A stretch of 64,000 nt of DNA, taken from the NCBI GenBank assembly GCA_965216565.1, contig OZ244170.1:4640001-4704000 (forward strand), given 5' to 3'. The notes under the pieces are model-generated. The model had not been told where the DNA came from, ran no database searches, and worked only from the letters and a program-made list of their open reading frames with translations. Origin of the DNA: Bythopirellula sp. GTDB taxonomy: Bacteria; Planctomycetota; Planctomycetia; Pirellulales; Lacipirellulaceae. The stretch's first letter is position 1; every line of letters begins with the position of its first letter. Positions 29,964 through 40,253 of the stretch are shown here, in pieces. A program made the position numbers and the translations under genes.

Positions 29964-31151
29964 ATGTCTTGCTTTCTGCGATTTGTACCTTTCCGTTCGT
30001 TAACACTGGCAGTCCTGGCGCTCGCCTGGATCTTGAGTCCAGCTTCCTCTGCAATTGCCCAAGAAGCGGCGGTTGAGTCCGATGTCGCCGAGGAGACCCA
30101 GTCGGCAGCCGAGGCTTTCCCCATTCCAGATGATCTGAAGACCGCCGATGAATACTTTGAGTTCATCGAGCAAGTCTCCGCAGACAGCGAAGTGGATGAC
30201 GATAGCCCGGAGGCTCGCAAAAAGCTGGAAAATAAAATGGCCGAAACCGTGCTCGACGTTGTGGACCGAGTGCTAAAACTAGAGCTCACCGAGGACGAAG
30301 CTGCCCAAGCTTTTTACTTCCGACTGCAAGCGGCTCGAGTACTGGAACAGAATAGAGCACCCGGCGGCAGTGATAAGATGCAACAAGCCATCGAAGCAGC
30401 CCGCAAATATCCAGATTCCAATGTGCAAGCCGTCGGAATCAAGTTTTTTATCGAAGGCAACTTTCAGCGTTGGCCAACACTTAAGAAGTCTGAAAAAGAA
30501 GCGATGTTGGAGGAAGTCAAAGAGTTCTTAGTCGATGGCGATCCCGATCCCTACCGCGTCAACACACTGCTCACCATCTTAAGCGTCTTGCAGCAAGTCC
30601 AAGACGAAGCTCTAGCCAAACCCCTGCTTGCCGCACTCGTGCCTCGTTTCGAGGAAAGCGACAACGAGCGTATTCGTCAAATGGCTGAAAAGCTCGGTGG
30701 AACACTGCGACGGTTGAAGCTTCCCGGCAGTGAAATGGAACTGTCTGGCAAATTGCTCAATGGCGAAGAACTCGACTGGGAATCGTACCGTGGCAAAGTT
30801 GTATTGGTGGACTTTTGGGCCACTTGGTGCGGTCCGTGTCGGCAGGAAGTCCCTAATGTACTGCGTCTGTACCAGCAGTACCACGACCAAGGTTTCGAGG
30901 TTGTGGGGGTAAGTCTCGATTCTGAAAAAGAGCAGGCCGAAAGTTACATCGAGCAGTACGACCTGCCTTGGCCTAATATCTTCAGCCCCAATGAAGACGA
31001 GCGTGCTTGGGACGCACCCATGGCTGTCCATTATGGCGTTATGGGCATTCCGCTTGCCATTCTGATCGATACCGACGGAAAAGTTGTCAGCCTTGAAGCT
31101 CGGGGTGAGAATCTCGCTAAGCTGCTGAAAGAGATGCTCGGCAAGCCTTAG
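29964..31151 (+). CDS. TlpA-family thiol-disulfide oxidoreductase
   Basis: Signal peptide, DFWATWCGPC, YGVMGIP. Confidence 0.9.
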   Translation: MSCFLRFVPFRSLTLAVLALAWILSPASSAIAQEAAVESDVAEETQSAAEAFPIPDDLKTADEYFEFIEQVSADSEVDDDSPEARKKLENKMAETVLDVVDRVLKLELTEDEAAQAFYFRLQAARVLEQNRAPGGSDKMQQAIEAARKYPDSNVQAVGIKFFIEGNFQRWPTLKKSEKEAMLEEVKEFLVDGDPDPYRVNTLLTILSVLQQVQDEALAKPLLAALVPRFEESDNERIRQMAEKLGGTLRRLKLPGSEMELSGKLLNGEELDWESYRGKVVLVDFWATWCGPCRQEVPNVLRLYQQYHDQGFEVVGVSLDSEKEQAESYIEQYDLPWPNIFSPNEDERAWDAPMAVHYGVMGIPLAILIDTDGKVVSLEARGENLAKLLKEMLGKP

Positions 31152-31197
31152 CTTTGTCTTGACAGAGATAAGCGGGTGCCGTCACACTGCATCCGCT

Positions 31198-32697
31198 ATG
31201 GCCGACAACGCATCGCCTTCTCCATCCTCTAGTCCCGTCGAACCGGTTGAGCTTGCCGGTACGCTTGCCGAACCGTGGTCGGCGGGCAAGTTGCTGCGGA
31301 TGCTGACGCTCTTTGGCCCGGCCGCGATTGTGGCTTCGGTAGCGATCGGGGCGGGAGAAACTATTGTCGTCGTGCGGGCTGGCTCCTGGTGCGCCTACGA
31401 CTTGCTGTGGGTTGTGCTGCTTAGCGCGATCGTCAAAGGCGTATTCGTCACCTATTTGATGGGCCGATACACGGCGATCTGTGGCGAACCTCTCTGCCAA
31501 CGGCTCTGCCTGGTTCCTGGTCCCCGCGGTTGGTTGCTGCTGACTCTGATTATCTTGGAACTTGCGGCGGCGGGGCCGCTGTGGTCGGCGGTTGCTCGTC
31601 CCTGCGGGGATTTACTCACCCACCTCATACAGACTTCTGGCATCGTCACGCCGGGGCCTGGTACGGATAAATGGGTCACGACACTATTCATCGGTCTGGC
31701 TTTGTTTGTGAGCCTATTCCTGGACTACGACAAGCTGGAGAAACAGCAAGTTGTCATCTGCGGAGTGCTGATTCTCGGCACGATAATAGGGACGCTGATG
31801 GTCAAACCCGACTTGTGGTCGATCGTTGTAGGTAGTCTAAGTTTCGGAAAAGTCCCAGAATTTCCAGCGTGGACACCGCCCCAGTATCGCAGCGATCAAA
31901 CATTGGCACTGGCCACGCTGTTTGGCTATGTCGGTGGGAGCGTGCTCACTTATGTAGTGTACGCCGATTGGATTTCGCTGCATCGCTGGGGAATGACTGG
32001 CCACAAGCGAATTGATGAAATTCGACAACGGGCAGCCGCAGGCAATCCGGCCGACTATCTCCCGCAGGATGCCAATGCTGTTGCCAAGATTCGCAAGTCG
32101 ATCGCCCCATTGAAGTGGGACGTAGGGTTAGGGGCAGTTGTGCTGTGGTGCGTCAGCGTTTCCTTTCTGGTGGCCGGTGCTGTGGTGCTTTACCCAATGC
32201 TTGCTAGTGGCGAAATGGGCGCGGCATTTCAAAACTGGAGCCTACTTACCGATCAAGCACACGTCTGGCGGAACGTCCATGAGTCGCTGATTTGGGTCTA
32301 CTACGTTAGCGTATTAATTGCCCTCTGGGGCACGTTGCAGGCGTATCCGGAAATCTACTCACGAGTGGTGCTCGACTACTGTCAGACGATGTTTCCCGGC
32401 CGACACTGGTCCCGGCGGTGGGTGCAACTGATAATTTCCAGCTATGTCTTCATCGCTGCCATGATGGTGATTTGGAGTGATGTAAATTTCGATACGACTA
32501 CCCAAATTGTGGCATTTCTGGCAACTAATCTCGGCGTGGCCTTGGCGTTGTGTGCGGCGCTTTATCTGAATCTTCGCCTGCCCGCAGCCTACCGCACGCG
32601 TTGGTGGATGTTTGCCGGCGGGCTGGCCTCTGCCATACTCTTGCTGGTCGTCTCCGCCATAAGTGGTCTGGGTGTTTGGGATAAGATTGAGTGGTAG
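31198..32697 (+). CDS. Nramp-like / APC-fold membrane transporter
   Basis: About 11 hydrophobic segments, GPAAIVASVAIGAGE. Confidence 0.75.
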   Translation: MADNASPSPSSSPVEPVELAGTLAEPWSAGKLLRMLTLFGPAAIVASVAIGAGETIVVVRAGSWCAYDLLWVVLLSAIVKGVFVTYLMGRYTAICGEPLCQRLCLVPGPRGWLLLTLIILELAAAGPLWSAVARPCGDLLTHLIQTSGIVTPGPGTDKWVTTLFIGLALFVSLFLDYDKLEKQQVVICGVLILGTIIGTLMVKPDLWSIVVGSLSFGKVPEFPAWTPPQYRSDQTLALATLFGYVGGSVLTYVVYADWISLHRWGMTGHKRIDEIRQRAAAGNPADYLPQDANAVAKIRKSIAPLKWDVGLGAVVLWCVSVSFLVAGAVVLYPMLASGEMGAAFQNWSLLTDQAHVWRNVHESLIWVYYVSVLIALWGTLQAYPEIYSRVVLDYCQTMFPGRHWSRRWVQLIISSYVFIAAMMVIWSDVNFDTTTQIVAFLATNLGVALALCAALYLNLRLPAAYRTRWWMFAGGLASAILLLVVSAISGLGVWDKIEW

Positions 32698-32827
32698 CCT
32701 AGACGCTGAACCGCAAGTGACAAGCCCGGGCCAAACCCTGGGACATCCTCTACAACTGGGCTCCCAAGTTGCTAGAATGGCCACGTCACTTTATTCCAGG
32801 TAGATTCGCACGGTCAGGTATTTCTCT

Positions 32828-33991
32828 ATGTCGCAGCAAGAACTAGGAGTTGGGCTCATTGGCTACAAATTCATGGGCCGCGCCCATAGCCACGCCTGGC
32901 AAACAGCTCCTCGATTTTTCGATCTCGATGCCAAGCCAAGAATGCAGGTTGTGTGCGGTCGAGATGCCGATGCGGTAGCTGAGTTCGCCAAGCGCTGGGG
33001 TTGGATCGAGTCTTCAGCGGATTGGAAAAGTGTAGTCCAGAGCGACGCGGTTGATGTGGTGGATATTTGCACGCCTGGGGCCAGCCATGCCGAAATAGCC
33101 ATTGCCGCGGCGAAGGCGGGCAAGCACGTCTTCTGTGAAAAGCCCTTGGCCAACTCGCTCCAGGACGCTCAGGAAATGCTGGTTGCTGTACGTTCTGCAG
33201 GCGTCAAGCATATGGTCAACTTCAGCTACCGTCGTTGCCCCGCCATCGCCCTTGCCAAGCAGATGATCGATGCGGGCGAAATCGGCGAGATCCGTCACTG
33301 GCGTGCCACTTATTTGCAAGATTGGTTGGTGGATCCCGAATTCCCGATGAACTGGCGAATGCGCAAGGAATCGGCGGGCTCTGGGGCTCATGGCGATCTG
33401 GGAGCCCATTCGATTGATATGGCTCGCTACTTGGTGGGCGAATTGAGCGAAGTCGTCGGCACCAAAAAGACTTTCATTACAGAGCGTCCAGCCGAGGGCA
33501 CATCCAGCGGACTGACAGCCACCGCCGGCGAAGGCACCGAGGCCGTCACGGTCGACGATACGTCACTCTTTTTAACCAAGTTTGCCAGCGGAGCGCTCGG
33601 CAGCTTCGAAGCTACCCGGCTCGCACCGGGCCGCAAGAATTTCAACCGTTTTGAGATCAATGGCAGCAAAGGAACACTGGCTTGGTGTTTTGAACGCCTT
33701 AACGAGTTGGAGTTCTTCTCCATCACCGATCCAACACACGCCAGCGGTTTCCGCACAATCATTGCCACCGAGGGCGAGCACGCTTACGCAGGCAGCTGGT
33801 GGCCCCCAGGACACATGTTGGGGTACGACCACACCTTCACGAACGCGGCAGGAGATCTGGTGCAAGACATCGCGCTCGATCGACCTTGCCAGCCAGATTT
33901 TCGCGATGGTGCCCAGTGCGTCGCGGTGCTCGATGCCGTCGACCAAAGCATGGATTCGGGAAGTTGGACGGATGTGCCGGTGATCGAGTAG
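32828..33991 (+). CDS. Gfo/Idh/MocA oxidoreductase
   Basis: GYKFMG, HVFCEKP, DLGAHSID. Confidence 0.93.
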   Translation: MSQQELGVGLIGYKFMGRAHSHAWQTAPRFFDLDAKPRMQVVCGRDADAVAEFAKRWGWIESSADWKSVVQSDAVDVVDICTPGASHAEIAIAAAKAGKHVFCEKPLANSLQDAQEMLVAVRSAGVKHMVNFSYRRCPAIALAKQMIDAGEIGEIRHWRATYLQDWLVDPEFPMNWRMRKESAGSGAHGDLGAHSIDMARYLVGELSEVVGTKKTFITERPAEGTSSGLTATAGEGTEAVTVDDTSLFLTKFASGALGSFEATRLAPGRKNFNRFEINGSKGTLAWCFERLNELEFFSITDPTHASGFRTIIATEGEHAYAGSWWPPGHMLGYDHTFTNAAGDLVQDIALDRPCQPDFRDGAQCVAVLDAVDQSMDSGSWTDVPVIE

Positions 33992-34002
33992 TGGGTTTTA
34001 GA

Positions 34003-34090
34003 GTCCACTCTCCTTGGGGTGAGGCCTGAAGGGACGAGGATTATCTGGGAATCACCCTCCCCTAGCCCCTCCCTCTTAGGGGAGGGGGAT
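34003..34090. repeat. REP-like palindromes
   Basis: ccctcccctagcccctccctcttaggggagggg; same C-rich/G-rich family as 40741 and 58510. Confidence 0.5.
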
Positions 34091-34180
34091 TCGTTAATGC
34101 TCAGTCGGATTTAGTTAATTATCAGTAGAACGTAGATACTGTGTGAAGAAATTAGACATTCTCAGAGACCTGTAAAACTC

Positions 34181-35332
34181 ATGAAAAAAATCAACGCGGG
34201 AATTATTGGCACGGGATTTATCGGCCCTGCTCACGTCGAAGCACTCAGGCGGTTGGGCAATATCGAAGTGTTGGCCGTTGCCGAGCAGAATCAAGAACTT
34301 GCTGACAGCAAGGCCCAGCAGCTTTCGATTCCCAAGGCCTATGGTGACTATCACGATTTGCTGGCTGACGAGGCGATCGACGTCGTGCATAACTGCACGC
34401 CAAATCATCTGCATTTTGAAGTAAATCGCGATATTCTTGCCGCGGGCAAGCACGTGATCTCTGAGAAGCCGTTGGCCATGACCAGCGACGAATCGCACGA
34501 GCTAGTGCGGCTGGCTAAAGAGTCGGGCGTGGTACACGCGATCGACTTCAACTATCGCTATATGCCGCTGGTCCAACAAGCGCGGATCATGTGTCAGGAG
34601 CGGGACGACTTGGGGCGGGTGCTGGCCGTCCATGGCTCGTACTTGCAAGATTGGTTGCATCAAGAAACCGACTGGAATTGGCGGCTGGTGCCGGAACTTA
34701 GTGGCCGTTCGCGGGCGGTGGCTGATATCGGCTCGCACTGGTGCGATCTGATTCAGTTCATCACAGGATTGAAAATCGTGCACGTGATGGCCGATCTGGT
34801 AACCATCCACCCAGTTCGCAAACGACCGAAGGTGGAAGTCGAAACCTACGCTGGCAAAGTGCTCAAGCCGGAAGATCTGGAAGATGTACACGTTGGCACG
34901 GAAGACTACGCGTCGATTCTGCTGGAAATGGACAACGGTTCGCACGGCGTGCTGACGGTCAACCAGTGTGCTGCCGGTCGTAAGAATCGGCTTTACTTTG
35001 AAATCGACGGCAGCAACTCGTCTCTCAGCTGGGATCAGGAGCGGCCTAACGAACTTTGGGTTGGCCGTCGCGATGCTCCCAATCAAACGATCATGAAAGA
35101 TCCAAGTCTGCTGTACGAGGGGGCGCGCGAATATGCCCACTATCCGGGCGGTCACAACGAAGCTTATCCCGACGGCCCCAAGAATTTGTTCCGCAATGTG
35201 TATGGCTTCATTGCGGGGGACCGCGAGGGCGGCGACTTCGCCACGTTCGTTGACGGCCACAACGAGATCGCCATTTGCGACGCGGTGCTGAAAAGCAGCG
35301 AGGAAAAGCAGTGGGTTCAAGTCGATTATTGA
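34181..35332 (+). CDS. Gfo/Idh/MocA oxidoreductase
   Basis: GTGFIG, HVISEKP, DIGSHWCD. Confidence 0.93.
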   Translation: MKKINAGIIGTGFIGPAHVEALRRLGNIEVLAVAEQNQELADSKAQQLSIPKAYGDYHDLLADEAIDVVHNCTPNHLHFEVNRDILAAGKHVISEKPLAMTSDESHELVRLAKESGVVHAIDFNYRYMPLVQQARIMCQERDDLGRVLAVHGSYLQDWLHQETDWNWRLVPELSGRSRAVADIGSHWCDLIQFITGLKIVHVMADLVTIHPVRKRPKVEVETYAGKVLKPEDLEDVHVGTEDYASILLEMDNGSHGVLTVNQCAAGRKNRLYFEIDGSNSSLSWDQERPNELWVGRRDAPNQTIMKDPSLLYEGAREYAHYPGGHNEAYPDGPKNLFRNVYGFIAGDREGGDFATFVDGHNEIAICDAVLKSSEEKQWVQVDY

Positions 35333-35623
35333 GCGTCGATCTCCACCGCTCCTAGTTTGGTGCGACGACCAAGAATCGAGACTAAGATTCCACGTGGCCA
35401 AGTGTTAGAGTGAGGCAAATGGCAATTGGGCCACGTTGTGCGTCCCAGGGGCTTATTTTTTTTCGATGAAGCACCGCTTTTCACGGGAAACACGCACCCC
35501 CCGCCCAAAACCGATGCCATATGTAGTGTTGTGGTGGCAGGCGTCACACAAAACTAGAAACCTCCGTATCGCTTATTTTGTGTAAGCGGTTTTCTCAAAC
35601 CACGATCGCTTGGTGGTCTGCCA

Positions 35624-36587
35624 TTAAGTGTTGTTGGTTTCGCTTAGTAGTTCGCGGATAGTTCAAACATGATCGGCCAATCCGTGTGCCATCGCGGGCG
35701 TTTTCTTTTTCAGCGACTTGTGGGGCTTGCAGTAGTTGTAGGCCACAAAGAACAGGGCCAGCGCTGCCCGATGGTTTTCCCATTTCTTGCTGATTGCGTA
35801 GGTGACACGGGCCATACGCTTTGTATAGTTGCGGATCGTGGCGTTCAGCCTCTCGCAATGCGAAGTGCAGATTTCCGATTCGTGGATATGTCCGCTGATT
35901 CGCTTCTTTCGCATTCATATTATACCGGGAACTGAGAAATGGAACCGGTCTTCGTCTACTGTCCTGTTTCCGAACGACTCGATTACTTGTCCATAGTCCG
36001 TTCGGCGGAATAGATGCCTACCAACGGCAGGTTCGTAAGCGTGGAATCCGTCGGTTGATAGTTTGAATCGTCCAGCCACAGCGTAACCGAGCTTCCGACA
36101 GAATTGGTCTGTATGCTCTTGGGTCCACTTGCCGAAGTGAAAGCAGACTAGAAGCTTGCTGGCAGGGTCCATTGCCGTGTAGCAATAGGCATCGCCTACA
36201 GGCTTGTCTTGATAGCCCAGGCGGATTGCTGTCTTTTTCTTGCAATGGACATAGCCCCAAATTTCGTCGGCCTGGATTGAATTGACTTCTAGGTTGCGAT
36301 GATTCTCTTGTAAAAACTTCTCGCAACGCTCGCCAACCAGAACCATTAGGTCGATGATCGTATGGGCTTTGACTTTGGTAAGGCGGGACACGGTTGAGAT
36401 ACTTAGCCCCTCTAGCAGCATTTCGATAATCTGCTCGGCTTTTTCTAGTCCGATACGCATTCCGTCGAATAGGCTGGTCGATTCCGTAAAGCATTTGCCG
36501 CAATATTTGCATCGAAAGCGAGGTGTCCCGGCCTTGGTTGTGCCGTGCTTCTTGTAATTTTCGTGCTGACAAATAGCTAGTATACAT
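35624..36587 (-). pseudogene. IS1-family DDE transposase with two in-frame TGA stops
   Basis: One frame gives CQH...RFRCKYCGKCF zinc ribbon, HTH, ADEIWGYV, STDGFHAY, ERLNATIR, SKKWENH, DHV*TIREL; TGA at 35915-35917 and 35663-35665; the ATG at 36587 is out of frame. Confidence 0.85.
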
Positions 36588-36714
36588 GCGAAAGCTTCGC
36601 CTGGTTGGGGCCTCCGCTAGAATGTCAATTGCAAGGTCGCAATCTGGCTAAAGCCCGGTTGTGATTCGCCCCGTCGATGTTTCACGCATTGGCGGGGTTT
36701 TCTCTTGTGTACTT

Positions 36715-36774
36715 ATTGTACGGCATAAAACTACCCTACACAAGGGTTGCGTAGAAACTTTACTTCCGTACACT
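36715..36774. promoter_or_regulatory. Back-to-back sigma-70 promoters inside the IS
   Basis: Minus strand ttgtgt-N17-tacaat (36743-36715); plus strand ttgcgt-N16-tacact (36747-36774). Confidence 0.5.
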
Positions 36775-36780
36775 AATGGG

Positions 36781-36954
36781 ATGGAAAACAAGCGAATGGG
36801 CAGGCCGCCCAAACCGGCCTCAGAACGGCAGACAGCACGCTTGGAGATTCGCATGACGGAAGCCGATCTCGAACTGATCGAAGGTGCGGCTAAGGGGAAT
36901 ACGTCGTCATGGGCTCGTGGTGTACTTGTAAGGGCTGCTAAGCGTACTAAGTGA
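36781..36954 (+). CDS. Small ribbon-helix-helix-like DNA-binding protein
   Basis: MGRPPKP...RLEIRMTEADLELIEGAA...SSWARGVL; 57 aa. Confidence 0.7.
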   Translation: MENKRMGRPPKPASERQTARLEIRMTEADLELIEGAAKGNTSSWARGVLVRAAKRTK

Positions 36955-37109
36955 GCGGAAAGCGGGAGAGGTGAACTCAGTCCGTTAGGGACGGCTCCCT
37001 CCGGCAGCGTATAAGACTGCTGCGCCATCCAAGACGCGGGCCGCTTTCCTGTTGATATGTAGTTCGACTTGAAACGTACAATCTTGGATAACTTCAGAGA
37101 AGATTTACC

Positions 37110-38003
37110 ATGGCGCGATCCAAGAACAAAGGGAAGAAGAAAAAGTCGCGTAAACGCAAACCAACCAAGAAGAAACAGAAGCCCAGCGAAAAGAATCCTG
37201 TAGCCGAACGGACGCCCCTCGCAGATTCCCCCAATGCCAATCAGGCAACTCAAGAGTCCAATCCAAGTGATAAGCGGGCCTACCCACAATACTACTTTGT
37301 ACCAGGGGTAACTAGATTTACTTGGCCTCGCTTTAGTTGGCGAGCATGGCGCAAGTTTTTCGCCGTTGTCGAATTGTTCTTCGCTGGCGCTGTGGCCTAC
37401 TATGCGATGATTCAAGCGGGAGTCATGGAGGATACTCTTGACCAGAACTCTAGGTTTCTGGATGAAGCTACTAAGACCAGAAAAGCCACTGAGAGCCAAG
37501 CCAACGTTGAAATCGCTCGTTCCTTGGGTCGAATTGCAGTCACTGAATGCAGCATTGAGAGGCTTGTGGACGGGCAACCAGTTAAAATTACATTCACGAT
37601 AAGCAATACGGGAGAACGTGAGGTCTTTGTGGGAAAGATCAATGCGGCCGCCGTGTATTTTAGCGGCAATAGGCCGCAGGTCACCAGTGAATTGAATAAG
37701 ATTCGTAGAAACAAAAAAACCACCTACGAGCGACACTATGGGCTTCTTGTCTCCGGTAAAAGCATCACTGTTCCAATTGCGCAAGCCAAGAAAATCCATC
37801 AGGGAACGATTGATCGAATCACTGACAAAGAGACTAGCCTCTATCTCCTTGGATGCGTCACATTCCGCGACACTAACGGAAGGCATCATACTGACGAAGA
37901 ATTCGTTATTTTCCGCTATGATCCGGATTCTGGCATGATGGTTGCCGAGGAACTCCCCGCACATATTGATAGTGATAATTCAAAGAGCCGGAGCAAGAAG
38001 TAG
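37110..38003 (+). CDS. IS passenger: hypothetical single-TM protein
   Basis: Lys-rich N-terminus, TM helix, beta-rich C-terminal domain; ends just inside the right TIR. Confidence 0.65.
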   Translation: MARSKNKGKKKKSRKRKPTKKKQKPSEKNPVAERTPLADSPNANQATQESNPSDKRAYPQYYFVPGVTRFTWPRFSWRAWRKFFAVVELFFAGAVAYYAMIQAGVMEDTLDQNSRFLDEATKTRKATESQANVEIARSLGRIAVTECSIERLVDGQPVKITFTISNTGEREVFVGKINAAAVYFSGNRPQVTSELNKIRRNKKTTYERHYGLLVSGKSITVPIAQAKKIHQGTIDRITDKETSLYLLGCVTFRDTNGRHHTDEEFVIFRYDPDSGMMVAEELPAHIDSDNSKSRSKK

Positions 38004-38448
38004 CTTAATCACAGCTCACCCCCTTTCTGGGATGAGCAACACATAACGGCAGACCACGATCGCTTGTGTGACCCTTGATTCGAAATTGGCCCAAAATCAA
38101 CTGTTGACTTCGCAGTGTTGAACATTTGGAAAGCGAAGTCGAAAAGACTGCCGCGACGGAATTGAGCCCGCGTAAGTTTTCTTCCTCAGCGGCGCAGGGA
38201 TTGTACTCTCTCTTCTCACACGCCATCGGCGGATCGTCATCCAACGGCGGCTTACCCCGTGGGGCTTGCACCCAGGATTTGGAGTTTCGACGTTCGACGA
38301 AGCTGGCTACTTGGCCCTACCTGCATTCCAAGGGAGGGGAGTTCTACCGCTGGTGGAAGCTGGCTGGATCCAAGCCGCAATAGAGATGAGCGAGATTGCA
38401 CAGATTCGACTCAGCCAGAAAATGAATCGGCGTTTCACGCTTGGGCTT

Positions 38449-38646
38449 TTCCCCGAAGGGGATATATTCCGTAGCCCAGGGTTGCGGCGCAGGCGCTACC
38501 CTGGGTAAGTGAAGGCTAGTAAATATACCCCAAAAGGGTTTTATAAAGTGTGTAACCCTTTCAGGGTAGGAATGATGCCGATTAAGACCCAGGGTAGATC
38601 GCTTTGCGATCAACCCTGGGCTACGGTATGTAACGCCTTCGGCGTA
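38449..38646. repeat. REPIN-like long imperfect inverted repeat
   Basis: GTAGcccagggttg (38471) and its reverse complement caaccctgggCTAC (38611-38624), with internal hairpins. Confidence 0.75.
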
Positions 38647-38701
38647 TCGCGGTGACTTATCTGCCTCGAATTCATCGGCTGGTTCAATTAATGGACGGGC
38701 C
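38606..38701 (+). repeat. Block A (96 bp), copy 1
   Basis: Two mismatches to 39922-40017. Confidence 0.9.
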
Positions 38702-38856
38702 GGGTGCCATGCCCACGCTTGTTGGTTTTCTGAGTCGTGACGACACGCCAACACACATAGCCAGGCTGCCTGCTCCGAGGTGTTGCGTGGGCATGTTGGA
38801 GAATCAGCAAGTGCGCTAAGACCTTCAGTTGCTTCGGCGTGGCCATGGCACCCGGC
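38699..38856 (+). repeat. Block B (158 bp, terminal IR gccgggtgccatg), copy 1
   Basis: Two mismatches to 39766-39923. Confidence 0.9.
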
Positions 38857-38916
38857 TTATTGTCCGGGGGTATTAATAGGCGTTGCCAGGGGCTGTCTGG
38901 TGATTTGGGACAGAAG

Positions 38917-39519
38917 TTAGATCCGCTTTCGCAATCGGCAGCTCATGCCCAATATTCCGAGGGTGACGAGGATAAAGGTATTGGGCTCGGGACTGGCATG
39001 CACCGAGATCGTGTCGACGGAGCTTCTGTACGAAAGCGAACAGCTAGGGCATATTGAGGCATGGATTTGCGCGAGCTCATCGAAATCATTTGCGTCATAA
39101 GATGTTGGAACATCCGGCGTGTCGTATATGTTGGCAGTCGACCTCAGGGATAAGAACCCAGTTTCACCGGGGGCGAAAAAGAAATCAAACTCTACACCGT
39201 CTGCATAGATGCCAGACCAAACATTAAATACGTGAACTTCATACGAACGGCCCTCGATCGTTACATCGAAAAAGCTCCCATCATAATTTGCAGCTGCTGG
39301 CGTAGAAGATACGACAGATGCGGTGGGATCGACAGTGAACGACCCACTATAGGTGTCGCCGACAGACTTGCCAGGAAAAAGTGCACCCAAAGCGTTGTCC
39401 TGAACTACGCCACTGAAGTTGAATGTCAGCGGCGCAGCATTGACGGAAGCTGCAATGGCGATCACCGACAGAATGCTAAGGCATGCGTGAAAGCTCAGTT
39501 GTATGACTGTTGAAATCAT
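38917..39519 (-). CDS. PEP-CTERM sorting domain protein
   Basis: Signal peptide; C-terminal SPEPNT, TM helix, RLRKR; GAAGGA RBS. Confidence 0.85.
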   Translation of the reverse strand: MISTVIQLSFHACLSILSVIAIAASVNAAPLTFNFSGVVQDNALGALFPGKSVGDTYSGSFTVDPTASVVSSTPAAANYDGSFFDVTIEGRSYEVHVFNVWSGIYADGVEFDFFFAPGETGFLSLRSTANIYDTPDVPTSYDANDFDELAQIHASICPSCSLSYRSSVDTISVHASPEPNTFILVTLGILGMSCRLRKRI

Positions 39520-39765
39520 GTAGCTTTCCTTCTGGTTATGGATTGTCCAATCACAGGAAGATACTCAATACTCAGACCTCAGAAGTTGCTTGAATTAGCT
39601 AAATAGATCGTCGGAAACAATGGCAATATCCACTAGAGATGGATTCATCCATGACTACTTGCGTAAATCGGCTCAATGATGATCCAGATAGTTAAGTCAG
39701 GGAACACCACTAGCTGCCAGTGCTGGCAATTTTATGGCCAAGTCTAGCGTCTTGACTCAACGTCA

Positions 39766-40017
39766 GCCGGGTGCCATGCCCACGCTTGTTGGTTTTCTGA
39801 GTCGTGACGACACGCCAACACACATAGCCACGCTGCCTGCTCCGAGGTGTTGCGTGGGCATGTTGGAGAATCAGCAAGTGCGCCAAGACCTTCAGTTGCT
39901 TCGGCGTGGCCATGGCACCCGGCGATCAACCCTGGGCTACGGTATGTAACGCCTTCGGCGTATCGCGGTGACTTATCTGCCTCGAATTCATCGGCTGGTT
40001 CGATTAAGGGACGGGCC
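39766..40017 (+). repeat. Block B copy 2 followed by block A copy 2
   Basis: B 39766-39923, A 39922-40017. Confidence 0.9.
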
Positions 40018-40253
40018 AGGTCGGGGATTGGTGGGTGCGGCACCTGCTCTGCGGACTCGCGCGGCCATTTGGTGCGTGAAATACAGCGTTTCCCCCTTCT
40101 AATACTAGTCTTTGAGCCCTTGCCTAAGCAGCAGGGAGGCGGTAAATTGGTTGATTCTCCACTGCCCGAGGCAGAGGCCAGATAGAGCTTGGTTGGCACC
40201 ACTTGGCTGCGAGCCACGATGATGTGAAGGATTGGAAGAAGGTTCAGAAACTT

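Larger units (their letters stand above)
35613..38057 (-). mobile_element. IS1-family transporter IS (2445 bp) with passenger genes
   Basis: TIRs 35613-35633 and 38037-38057 match 19/21; 9-bp direct repeat gatcgcttg at 35604-35612 and 38058-38066. Confidence 0.88.

Noticed and set aside
34502..35401. 299-aa minus-strand ORF and similar long ORFs opposite housekeeping genes
   Set aside because: Shadow frames of well-supported genes, expected from codon bias at this GC content.
35521..35540. tgtagtg/tgtggtg as further integrase arm sites
   Set aside because: Short match, wrong spacing, 30 kb from any att site.
35663..35917. TGA recoding (Trp, Gly or Sec) in the IS transposase
   Set aside because: One TGA sits at a probable Trp (DHVW) and the other probably does not; TGG is used elsewhere in the gene; the start is also frameshifted; host genes end in TGA. 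Ordinary decay is simpler.
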